Positions 49,701 to 58,661 of a stretch of DNA of 64,000 nucleotides are shown here, one piece after another. Location: positions 192,001 to 256,000 of the forward strand of contig CBDEGZ010000003.1 of assembly GCA_965238175.1 (NCBI GenBank), given 5' to 3'. This DNA comes from Gammaproteobacteria bacterium. GTDB taxonomy: Bacteria; Pseudomonadota; Gammaproteobacteria; CAJXQU01. Position 1 is the first letter of the stretch, and every line of letters begins with the position of its first letter. The position numbers and the translations under genes were made by a program. Under the pieces are notes generated by a model. That model worked only from the letters and a program-made list of their open reading frames with translations, had not been told where the DNA came from and did not search any database.

Positions 49701-51864
49701 GAGTTTTAACCCAACCTCCATCACAAGCGGAGGTATATCGACACTGACCTTGACGATCAATAACAACGGAAATAGCGTTGCCCTGACAGGTTTAAGTGTC
49801 AGTGATAACTATCCTGCGGCGATCACAAATGCGGCTTCAGCGAATGCCAGTAGCACCTGTAGCGGTGGTACTCTGAATGCGGCAAACGGCGGTAGCAGTA
49901 TTAGTTATACCGGAGGAAGCGTTGCGGCAGGGTCGAGTTGTACGATAAGTGTGAATGTGACCAGCAACACTGTAGGCCAACACCTTAATACTAGCGGCGT
50001 GGTTAGCAATGCAGAGGCACCGGATAGCACAACAGCGAGTGCAACTTTGGGTGTTACTTCATCAGGGGGTGGTGGTGGTGGCACTCTAACACTTTTCCCT
50101 AGTGACGACGCACGTGTGAGCTTGGGATTTTCCGGAAGTAACTACGGCTCAGACACAGTAGTAAGGGTTCGGGGAGCAGGTACAAGCTCCCATGAAAGTT
50201 ACCTGAAATTTAACGTGGCTGGATTAACGAGCATACCTACATCGGCTAAATTACGTCTTTTCGTAACCGATGGAAGTCCTGATGGCGGTGGTGTATACGT
50301 CGTTGGCAGCGGCTGGGATGAATCGACTATCACAGGGAGTAATGCACCTGCAATTAGCGGTAGCCCAATTGCTAGTTCAGGTTCAGTTACGAATGGAACC
50401 TGGGTAGAGATAGATATAGCTTCGGCGATTACAGGCAACGGCACTTATAGTTTTGGTATACGGAGTAATAGCTCGAATAGTGCTCGTTACAGTTCCAAAG
50501 AAGGTACGAATCCACCAGAATTAGTAATTGAATCATCGGGAATTCCTACCCCAGACATAACCGTAACGCCGACATCAAATAACTACGGAGATGTTACAGT
50601 CAATGGAATGGGTTCAATTAATTTTACGGTACGCAACGATGGAATCGCCACTTTGAATGTGAGTGGTACAAGTTTGATTGGAAGCGATCCTACAGAGTTC
50701 AACATCGACAGTGGTGGTTCATTCAGCCTGACTCAAGGACAAACTCAGGTGGTGAGCGTGAGTTTCAACCCAACGTCAATTGGTGGTAAGAGTGCAAGCT
50801 TACGAATAGCGAGTAACGATCCGAACGAAGATCCACTTGACGTAAGCCTAACTGGTAACGGTGTAGTTAGCGCTCCAGATATAACGGTCACTCCGAGCAC
50901 TCACAGCTATGGCGACATTGTTGTAGGAAACTCGGACTCTCTTAACATAGTTATCCGTAATGATGGTAGCCAAAACCTGATCGTATCTGCCGTGTCCTTG
51001 AGTGGAAGTAATCCGGGGGAATTCAGTATAGACAGCGGCGGTAATGGCGGCATTCTGACTCCTGGACAAAGTCAGACGGTTACGGTGAGTTTCAATCCCA
51101 GTTCTCTAGGAACTAAGGCCGCAGTTTTAAGTATTCCTAGCGATGACCCGGATGAAAACCCGATCGATGTGGATTTGAGTGGCACAGGTGTTGATACTCC
51201 ACTACCAGGTGGTAACGTGACATTCGAAGATATACAGGCTGGCGGTTCATCGAGTGCTACTGCTGTTTCAACTTCGGGTAATGTGACAGGTGTTAGTGGT
51301 GATTTGTATTTAGCGACTATCACCAGTAAATCCTTCAAGACGGTTACATCGGTTACTGGACTAGGTTTAAGTTGGAGTCTGGTCACGGAGCAATGTGCTG
51401 GACGTAACCAGACGGGTGTAACTGTTTGGCAAGCTCAGGGTAGTAGTCCTACCTCCAGCACAGTAACAGCAAATTTATCAGGAGCTCCAACTAATGCAAC
51501 AATTACAGTGTCACGTTACTCCGGTGTGAGCCAAACAGATCCCATTGGAAACATTATTTCTGGTAACACTAATGGTGTGAGCGGAGCTTGTTCTGGAGGC
51601 ACTGATTCTAATAGTTATAACTTTAATCTAGACACTACTACGCATGGGTCTGTCGTATTTGGAGCTATTGCCATGCGTAACAAAGCTCATACTGAAGGTT
51701 TTGGTTACACTGAACAGGTAGAGTTTGTACAGGGCAGTGGTGGCGGAAGTGCTTCGGTAGCTAACATGGATCAGACTATTTTTAGCCCATCGACGGTTAG
51801 TGTTGATGGTATATTTAGTAGCAATGTTGACTACGCTGTTATTGGTATTGAGATCAAGCCATAG
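46774..51864 (+). CDS. Large secreted multidomain protein: N-terminal domain, 4 choice-of-anchor-D/ASH Ig domains, 2 DNRLRE/CBM96-like domains, 2 DUF11-like Ig repeats
   Basis: PDITVTP...YGD...NDG...SNDP.E.P x4; DDARV...NYGS...SYLKFNV...SAKLRL...SSKEG.NPPELVI x2; PTLSKSFNP...SCTISVNVT x2. The start may be at a later Met. Confidence 0.8.
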   Translation: MISLINNKHTTIKKSRWEIDMRRMLASPLRRLQLSLKHKRLNNLMIIIFMMMFGLSIVKAATPLSEAGYRGFSYPTALSQPTGEKPESKLWFNDGFWWGILWSTSGGAHHIHRLDENTQDWIDTGVSVDDRDDSKSDTLWDGNNQKLYVVSHRFISNAGQSATSGNRGELYRYSYSAGSNSYSLDSGFPVEVNAARTETLVIEKDSNDRLWVTYTRDQTVYLNHSGSSDTDWDPTNRPFILPTGDNTVDIGADDNCSIATFNNNIGVMWSNQSDDKMYFSAHPDSASPTTGWSSGVVVFEGAGNRSADDHINLASLDGDPAGEVFAVTKTSESNARNMLLVCDSGCTSSSDWTAYTAYQEGGSVGNPTRPAVVIDTSNRQLYVFTSVSDSGRDIYYKVTDLDNIQFNASSLGSPLIKDSSNSPNNVTSTKQNLNSSTGLAALSATGSRYLHNQFPLSASPSPDITVTPISRNYGDVVVNGVGSFNFIVSNDGTTTLNVSSTSLLGSDSDQFNIDSGNGSFSLNQGQSQTVSLSFNPTTVGNKSATLRIASNDPNEDPFDVSLTGNGVISAPDITVTPSANDYGDIEVGNTVSFNVEIRNDGSENLNVSALSLAGSNPGEFSIDSGQSGSTLAPGQSQVAAVSFNPSSLGDKSAILSIPSNDPDENPSNVDLSGRGISPGMGGGTLTLSPSDDARVSLGFPRSNYGSDTVIRIRGAGTSSHESYLKFNVAGLTGTPTSAKLRLFVTDGSPDGGDVYIVGNSWDESTITAGNAPAISGSPIASAGSVINGIWIEIDITSEITGNGTYSFGMRSNSSNSARYSSKEGANPPELVIEQSGTSGSVTPTLSKSFNPITITSGGISTLTLTINNNGNSVALTGLSVSDNYPAAITNAASANASSTCSGGTLNAANGGSSISYTGGSVAAGSSCTISVNVTSNTVGQHLNTSGVVSSTEAPDSATASATLTVNSEVVAPTLSKSFNPTSITSGGISTLTLTINNNGNSVALTGLSVSDNYPAAITNAASANASSTCSGGTLNAANGGSSISYTGGSVAAGSSCTISVNVTSNTVGQHLNTSGVVSNAEAPDSTTASATLGVTSSGGGGGGTLTLFPSDDARVSLGFSGSNYGSDTVVRVRGAGTSSHESYLKFNVAGLTSIPTSAKLRLFVTDGSPDGGGVYVVGSGWDESTITGSNAPAISGSPIASSGSVTNGTWVEIDIASAITGNGTYSFGIRSNSSNSARYSSKEGTNPPELVIESSGIPTPDITVTPTSNNYGDVTVNGMGSINFTVRNDGIATLNVSGTSLIGSDPTEFNIDSGGSFSLTQGQTQVVSVSFNPTSIGGKSASLRIASNDPNEDPLDVSLTGNGVVSAPDITVTPSTHSYGDIVVGNSDSLNIVIRNDGSQNLIVSAVSLSGSNPGEFSIDSGGNGGILTPGQSQTVTVSFNPSSLGTKAAVLSIPSDDPDENPIDVDLSGTGVDTPLPGGNVTFEDIQAGGSSSATAVSTSGNVTGVSGDLYLATITSKSFKTVTSVTGLGLSWSLVTEQCAGRNQTGVTVWQAQGSSPTSSTVTANLSGAPTNATITVSRYSGVSQTDPIGNIISGNTNGVSGACSGGTDSNSYNFNLDTTTHGSVVFGAIAMRNKAHTEGFGYTEQVEFVQGSGGGSASVANMDQTIFSPSTVSVDGIFSSNVDYAVIGIEIKP
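49331..50002 (+). repeat. Near-identical intragenic duplication (387-bp period)
   Basis: 49331-49614 versus 49718-50001 are almost base-for-base identical; I saw one synonymous difference. Confidence 0.85.
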
Positions 51865-51881
51865 TCGAAAATTAAATATAT

Positions 51882-51912
51882 AAGGGTGCCAGTTATTATT
51901 TGTGGCACCCTT
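51882..51912. terminator. Hairpin between convergent genes (candidate bidirectional terminator)
   Basis: AAGGGTGCCA-GTTATTATTTG-TGGCACCCTT followed by T-rich sequence. Confidence 0.6.
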
Positions 51913-52380
51913 TATTATTTGTGGCACCCTTTATTATTTGTGGCACCCTTTATTATTTGTGGCACCCTTTATTATTTGTGGCACCCTTTATTATTTGTGG
52001 CACCCTTTATTATTTGTGGCACCCTTTATTATTTGTGGCACCCTTTATTATTTGTGGCACCCTTTATTATTTGTGGCACCCTTTATTATTTGTGGCACCC
52101 TTTATTATTTGTGGCACCCTTTATTATTTGTGGCACCCTTTATTATTTGTGGCACCCTTTATTATTTGTGGCACCCTTTATTATTTGTGGCACCCTTTAT
52201 TATTTGTGGCACCCTTTATTATTTGTGGCACCCTTTATTATTTGTGGCACCCTTTATTATTTGTGGCACCCTTTATTATTTGTGGCACCCTTTATTATTT
52301 GTGGCACCCTTTATTATTTGTGGCACCCTTTATTATTTGTGGCACCCTTTATTATTTGTGGCACCCTTTATTATTTGTGG
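51893..52380. repeat. Perfect tandem repeat, 19-bp unit TTATTATTTGTGGCACCCT x25 plus a 13-bp partial
   Basis: Read directly: 488 bp, no spacers, no variant units seen. Confidence 0.95.
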
Positions 52381-53644
52381 AATGGGTCCAACCAGTCCAC
52401 CCAATGTTTTTACCGAACCGGGTTTTCTTACGATTCCAAAAGGAGGTAGCGTAGTAACAATCAACTAATGGCAACTGCCAGGTATCATCACCAGTAGCTG
52501 AAAAATTAGCTTCATCATTTAACCAACTGTAAGCTCTTAATAAGGCCTTATCTTGCCAATTGAATGGATCATATCCTTGTCTCTGAAGAATGATTGCTTG
52601 AACGAGTGCACCCTGTAGTGCTTCGTAAACGTAGTTTTCCTTAGGTGGCGGCCATTGAAATCCACCACCTCGGCGTTGATCATCAGGTAAGACTCCATCT
52701 ATGGAGTGTCCTTCTTTTTTACAGCCTTTTGGATTGATTCCGACAGGCTTATTTGCGTGGCACTGCCAGGCAAAACCATATCTATAAACGAAATTTGAAT
52801 ATGCGTCGCGATCACCAAGCCATCCTTTAAAGACAGTGGCCGCACGGTGGATTTCTGCACGATCATTAAGATATACCGCAATTGCTAAACGGCTTGCGCC
52901 GGCGTGAGTGCCCCAATTATTAGGTCGCTCTTCATGGGTGGAAATTAAAGTTTTCCTGCTAAGAGTGTCCGGTTGCGAATAGCGAACATTGCTTAGCCAA
53001 GCCTTAAAAAGCACTTCTTGTTTTGGGGAAAGTGTGATGAGATCAGCTGCAATAACATAAGCAGCAAGTTCTCGGCCCAATGCTAACGTAGAGCCACCTT
53101 TTTCTGTTCCCATAATCATCATGATTTGTCCCATTATTTCCTGATGAAAACTCTTTAATTCAATATCACTACATTGCAGAGATGAAGGCTCTTGGGTACA
53201 ACGCACATAAACAAGGGCTTTCCCTAAGATATAGACATTGTGTTTTTGTTTATTATTACTTAAGTTCGGCTTGCCAACTGGTTTAATTGCCTGTTTTTTT
53301 AGTTGCTCCCAGGCTTCTCCTTGCATATCTAGATCAGCAAGTTCTTCAGCACTAATCCAAATACTTGTTTTTTCGGCTGGCACTGGATTTTCGTTTTCAG
53401 AAGAATTTTGTTCTAACCCAATAAGTTTACGATCCGATCCGGCATCAGCCAGAGTAACCCCTTCAGAACGAGTAACGTCTTTTTTGCTCAGGCGAAGATC
53501 TTGTGATGAGAGTTTTTGATCTGTTGAGTACTGATCAGGTTTCTCATAATCGATCATTGTTAGACCAGTAATGGTTAACAGACTGAGCGCAGTGAGAATT
53601 GTACAAAATACGAAAAACCGTCTCATCCTTATTCTTATCTCCAT
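52352..53644 (-). CDS. Alginate-lyase-like (alpha/alpha toroid) exported protein
   Basis: N-terminal signal/anchor; RPNNWGTHAGASRLA, DDQRR, NYVYEALQG, D.ALLRAYSWL resemble Alginate_lyase-family helices. Confidence 0.6.
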   Translation of the reverse strand: MEIRIRMRRFFVFCTILTALSLLTITGLTMIDYEKPDQYSTDQKLSSQDLRLSKKDVTRSEGVTLADAGSDRKLIGLEQNSSENENPVPAEKTSIWISAEELADLDMQGEAWEQLKKQAIKPVGKPNLSNNKQKHNVYILGKALVYVRCTQEPSSLQCSDIELKSFHQEIMGQIMMIMGTEKGGSTLALGRELAAYVIAADLITLSPKQEVLFKAWLSNVRYSQPDTLSRKTLISTHEERPNNWGTHAGASRLAIAVYLNDRAEIHRAATVFKGWLGDRDAYSNFVYRYGFAWQCHANKPVGINPKGCKKEGHSIDGVLPDDQRRGGGFQWPPPKENYVYEALQGALVQAIILQRQGYDPFNWQDKALLRAYSWLNDEANFSATGDDTWQLPLVDCYYATSFWNRKKTRFGKNIGWTGWTHSTNNKGCHK

Positions 53645-53932
53645 AAGATAATTAACATAATTAGTTAAAACCTTTCAGCAATTTCTGTAGATTTGTTAAT
53701 TTATAAATGTTTAATCTTTAAATCGTTCTCTGCCATTTTAATAGATTAAATTAAACTTAGACGAATTGGGAATAAATGTAGAGAGTCCAGCTCTATATTA
53801 TAAAGGTTGTTCAGCGCGTGGGTAATCAGTAAACACTTGGATACCTTATTTCATAAGCAGTATAAAAAAAGAAGATATCTAGAACTCATCAAAAAAACCG
53901 ATACGGCTTGATAAATCAAAGTAGCCATTTTT

Positions 53933-54048
53933 GTCTCTAATTAGAGACGCTTTCTTGAGGTATGAAATTTAAATAATTTATAGAAATATCGTATCTATTT
54001 GATATTATTGTATAATTTCTATTTTTTAATGTGTGGCATACTAATTGC
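53933..54048 (+). promoter_or_regulatory. sigma54 promoter with perfect palindromic upstream site
   Basis: GTCTCTAATTAGAGAC (53933-53948), IHF-like TATCTATTTGATA (53992), TGGCATACTAATTGC (54034-54048). Confidence 0.75.
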
Positions 54049-54188
54049 TATCACTGTATATGAATAGAGCTTTTTTACATCAATTTTAACTTATAGTTGT
54101 ATTTGGTTTCGGAGACAAAATAGTAAATAGATACTTCAGTATCTGTAACAATTTAGCGCCATAGCAAAATAAGCAGAATAACAAAGGT

Positions 54189-55160
54189 ATGAATAAACTT
54201 ATGAAGAATTTTTCGATAAAAAGAATTACATCGGCATTTATTACGGTCATGATTGGATTTTTCACAGTCCTACCAGCAAATGCATTAACTCTGTCATATC
54301 TTGACTCATTCTCAACAGGTACTGATGGTGGCGGTGCAGGTATCGCTTTCGTTGATGGTAAGCTGTATGTCTCAAATGGTAGTAATGTAGGCAATAGTAC
54401 CATTCGTGAATTCAGCTTCGATGTTAATAACATTGGCGCTAGTGCGGAGATCCGTTCGTTTACTGCTGCGACTAATCAGGATGGTCTGCATGGATTTACT
54501 ACTAATTTACTAATGTCAAGATCATCAGCGTCATCTGATACTGATAGATTGTTAGAGATATCATTGGGGGTAACAACCCTGGGTGTTCCAGTCGGAGGAG
54601 GCACTGATTTGTTAATAGATCAAATAAATGATTCTGGAACGAATAGTCTTGAAGCAAAAGGCGTGACTGTTGGACCTAATGGTAATTTTCTAGTTGCTGA
54701 TGAAGCGAATAACCGAATCCTTGAATTGAACAGCAGCGGCGTAATTGTTTCTCAATTAGATATGACGACATTAATGGGAAGTGGATTTATCAGTGATCTC
54801 GAAGGTATCGCCTATTATTCGGATAATAAGCTCTTTGCCGTAACAGATTCTAACGGAGGAACGGGTGCTTCTACTGTATACGAATTGGATATTTCCTCAG
54901 GTCTCGGCGCCGCCTCTTTTGTAGCGAGTACCTTTCTAGGGGCAAATGATGGAAGTTTTGGTAATTTGGATGATCCTGAGGGGCTAGCGATTGACCTAGC
55001 TAACAACTTACTTTTTGTTTCCGATAATGCCGGCAATGAAGTGGGTGTGTATCGGATTAGTACAGCTGTGGTTCCAGTTCCTGGAGCACTCATTCTTTTT
55101 GGGTCTGCCCTGCTGGGACTTTTTGGTGCTTCGCGCCGAAAACAAGTCGTCGTAGCTTAA
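54189..55160 (+). CDS. Secreted beta-propeller protein with PEP-CTERM/VPLPA-CTERM-type exosortase signal
   Basis: Signal peptide ...ANA; EGIA/EGLA propeller repeats; C-terminus VPVPGALILFGSALLGLFGASRRK. Confidence 0.85.
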   Translation: MNKLMKNFSIKRITSAFITVMIGFFTVLPANALTLSYLDSFSTGTDGGGAGIAFVDGKLYVSNGSNVGNSTIREFSFDVNNIGASAEIRSFTAATNQDGLHGFTTNLLMSRSSASSDTDRLLEISLGVTTLGVPVGGGTDLLIDQINDSGTNSLEAKGVTVGPNGNFLVADEANNRILELNSSGVIVSQLDMTTLMGSGFISDLEGIAYYSDNKLFAVTDSNGGTGASTVYELDISSGLGAASFVASTFLGANDGSFGNLDDPEGLAIDLANNLLFVSDNAGNEVGVYRISTAVVPVPGALILFGSALLGLFGASRRKQVVVA

Positions 55161-55410
55161 AAGGTCGTCTATTTCCCTTAATTATTTGATTGTTGACCTT
55201 ATCTTTAAGCACAAAATTTGTTCGTATGAGCAAATAGACCAAATATAGATTTACGTTTGCTCGCTTTTTATATTTAAAGATATCTAACAGAGGATTCCAG
55301 CTAAACTGAGAGCGTACATGGCCTTGTTAATTTTTGTGGGATAAATTAAGTTATGGATCCAGCTGTGAATCAATATGTCCTCTAGCTCAATAACTGACGA
55401 ATAAGTTCTT

Positions 55411-56514
55411 TTGCAAAACCTTACTGATAAAAACGAACCCATCACAGCTGAAGCGGTGGAGCAAATCCTTAAAGAAATTACTACCCATGCCGCAAGTTGG
55501 TTAGGTTTATCTGGCCAAGCTATTGTCACACTACATCAAGTTTATGATCGTCCTCAGTCAACCTTGATCTTGGTTGGTGTCGGTGGAAGCCATAAAGAAC
55601 TTCTAATCAAATCACCTAAGGTTACTAGTTATGATCCTCGCTTTCATGATCGACTTTTAAAACCCGTCAGTAGTCCTTTGGTTAAGAGTAAGCTTGAGTT
55701 TGAGGCATTGTCAGCCATAGCACAACATTTTGAGGCACTTGCAGATCCTCGTTTTGCCTGGATCAAAGTTTACGCACATCTCGAAAATCCACCTGCAACC
55801 GTTATTGAGAAGGTCTCCGAGGTGACTTTTGATAAACTACTAAGACAACCTAAAATGGCACAGGATGGTTATACATCGTCTCGTGTAATGAAAAATTTGG
55901 GAAGTTGGTTAGCTGAATATCACAAAATAGACATGCGGCAAGTAGAGCTACGTGATGCCAGAGCTGATCAGGTGATTACAGGTATGGTGAAATTGTTGGG
56001 TATTATTTCGAATTCGAATAGTTGGCCTCGCCCTCTGCCAGAGTCTGAGAGGGTCATTCGCCAAGCAGCATCCTACTTACTTCCGGATGAATTGCCATTG
56101 GGTCTAGGGCACGGTGACTTTGCACCAAGAAATGTGTTTGTCGGAAGTGGCTCAAGCGTTGCTGTCATAGATTCATTGGCAAGATATAGTGCGCCGATTT
56201 ATGAGGATATCGCCTACCTTTTGGTTGAACTTTTGTCTGGTGCTGTTCGTCTCAGACGCGGCACATTACCTATTTCAACGGCCGAGCTTGCTGGTTTGAG
56301 GACGGCACTACTCGAAGGTTATAGCATTGCTGATGATGAAGTATTAAATATATTTGAACTTCGTGCTTTGCTCGACAAGTGGCGATCGCTCACACAGCGA
56401 GCTAGATCAAACAATTTGAAAGGTCGGGCTACACGTATGGTAGATACTTTTCGTCGAATAATCGTGTCACAACGAGCCAATACGCTTATTAAACAGTTAA
56501 GAAAACATCAGTAA
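55411..56514 (+). CDS. APH/choline-kinase-like phosphotransferase
   Basis: LLIK, LGSWLAEYH, HGDFAPRNVFV, VID, PIYEDIAY. Confidence 0.78.
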   Translation: MQNLTDKNEPITAEAVEQILKEITTHAASWLGLSGQAIVTLHQVYDRPQSTLILVGVGGSHKELLIKSPKVTSYDPRFHDRLLKPVSSPLVKSKLEFEALSAIAQHFEALADPRFAWIKVYAHLENPPATVIEKVSEVTFDKLLRQPKMAQDGYTSSRVMKNLGSWLAEYHKIDMRQVELRDARADQVITGMVKLLGIISNSNSWPRPLPESERVIRQAASYLLPDELPLGLGHGDFAPRNVFVGSGSSVAVIDSLARYSAPIYEDIAYLLVELLSGAVRLRRGTLPISTAELAGLRTALLEGYSIADDEVLNIFELRALLDKWRSLTQRARSNNLKGRATRMVDTFRRIIVSQRANTLIKQLRKHQ

Positions 56515-56698
56515 AGTCTCTATTGTAAACTGAACATTGATAATTTGAGGCTTTACAATAAGTTACTTGGGATCTGTTTATTCTTTATCAAAGAAATTAT
56601 ATGCTAATAAGTTATTATGGAATAACAAACTTCGAGATCAGATGTTTTGAAAAGAACAACAATTTCGACTAAATGTTAAGTACAGGAGCATATAAAAT

Positions 56699-57538
56699 AT
56701 GGATCGGTCACCTAATTTTCTTTATATTGGTACCAGTAAAGCAGGTTCTACGTGGTTGTATAATGTACTAGATAATCACTCGAATATTTATATGGCACCT
56801 GGTAAGTCCATCTATTACTTTTGTAATCATTACGCGCGTGGCAGGGATTGGTATCTTCAGAATTTTGAATCTGCAGAACAACAAAAAATCATAGGTGAAG
56901 TTTCACATAGCTATCTTTACTCACCAGAAGCATGCCAGAGAATTGCGGAACTAAATCCAGATATGCATCTTATGGCATGTTTGCGAGAGCCCACAGATCG
57001 AGCCTTTTCTGATTATTTGGATGGCGTAAAAAATGGCCTGTTTCATGGCAGCTTTGAAGAAGAATTAGAACGAGCACCTTCTTTAATTGATCGTGGAAAG
57101 TATGCAAAACATTTGAAATGTTATGTCGAACAATTTGGTCTTGAGCAACTTCATATTGGTGTGTTTGATGAGTTGGGGGCCGACCCAGATGTATTTGCCC
57201 AAAGAATATTTAAATTCCTTGCTGTAGAGGTGCGTGAACTTCCCAGCTCACAACGTAAAAAGATGATGCCAGCAGGAAAGCCCCGCTCCAAGTTTCTTGC
57301 ACAATTTGCCAAGAAGGCCTCACATACTGCCAGATCTCTAGGTTTGAGGAAGTTGCGAGGCAAGGTAAAAACATCACGATTAGCACGGAACATCCTCTAC
57401 CGACCTTATACTGCTAAAGAAAAACCACAGATGAAGCCAGAAACAAGGAAGAGATTAAGAGAGGTTTTCCGAGAAGATGTTACCGCTTTAGATTCACTAT
57501 TAAATATGGACTTTAAAGGACAATGGGGATACAAATAA
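56699..57538 (+). CDS. PAPS-dependent sulfotransferase
   Basis: PNFLYIGTSKAGSTWL (5'-PSB loop) and LREPTDRAFS (3'-PB motif). Confidence 0.9.
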   Translation: MDRSPNFLYIGTSKAGSTWLYNVLDNHSNIYMAPGKSIYYFCNHYARGRDWYLQNFESAEQQKIIGEVSHSYLYSPEACQRIAELNPDMHLMACLREPTDRAFSDYLDGVKNGLFHGSFEEELERAPSLIDRGKYAKHLKCYVEQFGLEQLHIGVFDELGADPDVFAQRIFKFLAVEVRELPSSQRKKMMPAGKPRSKFLAQFAKKASHTARSLGLRKLRGKVKTSRLARNILYRPYTAKEKPQMKPETRKRLREVFREDVTALDSLLNMDFKGQWGYK

Positions 57539-58638
57539 GTACAACGCAAGAGACTATTTTTGCTCAGCATCTCTACGATAATGCCGCTGATTATTTTCCG
57601 GATCTACTCACGCAAGAGGTCTTGGTAGATTTAGCTAATAAGTGGATACGAAACAACTCTGAGCTGTATCGTTTTAAGATAAGTGGAGGTATTACGGAAC
57701 ACTTTGTTTACGTTAAAGTACCGAGTCTACGTGGTGCTTCACGAGCAATTAAGCGACCTTACCTTATACCTGAAACAACTTCAGATCAGAAATTTCAACT
57801 GCATTACACAACACTTGAATTGATTCAGCAGCATTTTGAGCAGTTGGGAGATCAACGTTTCGGTACGGTTAGAATGCTGGACTCGTTACCTGAACATGAT
57901 GCTTTCATCATGCAGGAGGCATCTGGTGAGATCATGCGTCGTTTATTGAACCGGGCTAGCCGTTCTAGCTTTGCAACGGCTCCACAGCAACTGGAAAAGG
58001 CATTCAATAACGCGGGTGTCTGGTTACGAATATTTCACCAGGAGATGTCACCGCCAAATAATATAGAAATAATACACGACCAGCGCAGTGACTATGTTGC
58101 TGCTATAAGGATGTTTACAGAGTATCTATCTGGAGCGCTTGACGATCAAAAAATTTTTCATCAAATTGATTCAAATATCGAGGGGATTGCTGAAAGAGTA
58201 CTTCCAGAACAGTTACCGCTCGGTTCACGTTTTGGTGATTTTGGCTTGACAAATATACTTGTAGAAGCGGATGGTCGGGTCACCGGAATCGACACAATGG
58301 CCAAATGGCGAGCACCAATCTACGAAGATATCGCCTGGTTTCTCACCGCTTTGAAAGCCTACAACATGCAGTCATATAGCCAGGGTTTGGCCTTTAGTCC
58401 GAAAAAGATCAAGCTCCTTGAACAGCAGTTTTTGACGGGCTACTTTGCTAAAGATCCCATTCCTACAGCGGAAATACGTCTTTTTGAAATTCTAAGATTG
58501 TTGGAACGATGGTCTGCTAAAGTAAGTCGGAATCAATCCATGTCGGGGCCTGTAGGTAGTGTTAGATCATTCTTGGTAAATCGTTTTTTTCGGAAAACAA
58601 TTGGTAATCTTCTGAAAGCTTGTGAGCAGACTACTTAG
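57523..58638 (+). CDS. Second APH-like phosphotransferase
   Basis: VYVKVP, AGVWLRIFH, FGDFGLTNILV, GID, APIYEDIAWF; paralogous to 55411. Confidence 0.75.
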   Translation: MGIQISTTQETIFAQHLYDNAADYFPDLLTQEVLVDLANKWIRNNSELYRFKISGGITEHFVYVKVPSLRGASRAIKRPYLIPETTSDQKFQLHYTTLELIQQHFEQLGDQRFGTVRMLDSLPEHDAFIMQEASGEIMRRLLNRASRSSFATAPQQLEKAFNNAGVWLRIFHQEMSPPNNIEIIHDQRSDYVAAIRMFTEYLSGALDDQKIFHQIDSNIEGIAERVLPEQLPLGSRFGDFGLTNILVEADGRVTGIDTMAKWRAPIYEDIAWFLTALKAYNMQSYSQGLAFSPKKIKLLEQQFLTGYFAKDPIPTAEIRLFEILRLLERWSAKVSRNQSMSGPVGSVRSFLVNRFFRKTIGNLLKACEQTT

Positions 58639-58661
58639 TTTATGCTAGTGAGCAGGTCAGT

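Noticed and set aside
48160-51180. Intragenic repeats as a diversity-generating retroelement TR/VR pair
   Set aside because: No reverse transcriptase is nearby; the repeats are in-frame domain duplications without an evident adenine-specific pattern.
51893-52380. Array as a CRISPR locus
   Set aside because: Units are contiguous with no unique spacers, and there are no cas genes in the window.
51903-52380. TGGCAC in every unit as an array of sigma54 -24 elements
   Set aside because: There is no GC at the -12 position (GG-N10 is followed by TA).
51886-52468. Three ~185-aa repetitive ORFs on the + strand
   Set aside because: They arise because a stop-free 19-bp unit cycles through all frames; there is no RBS and they overlap the convergent gene.
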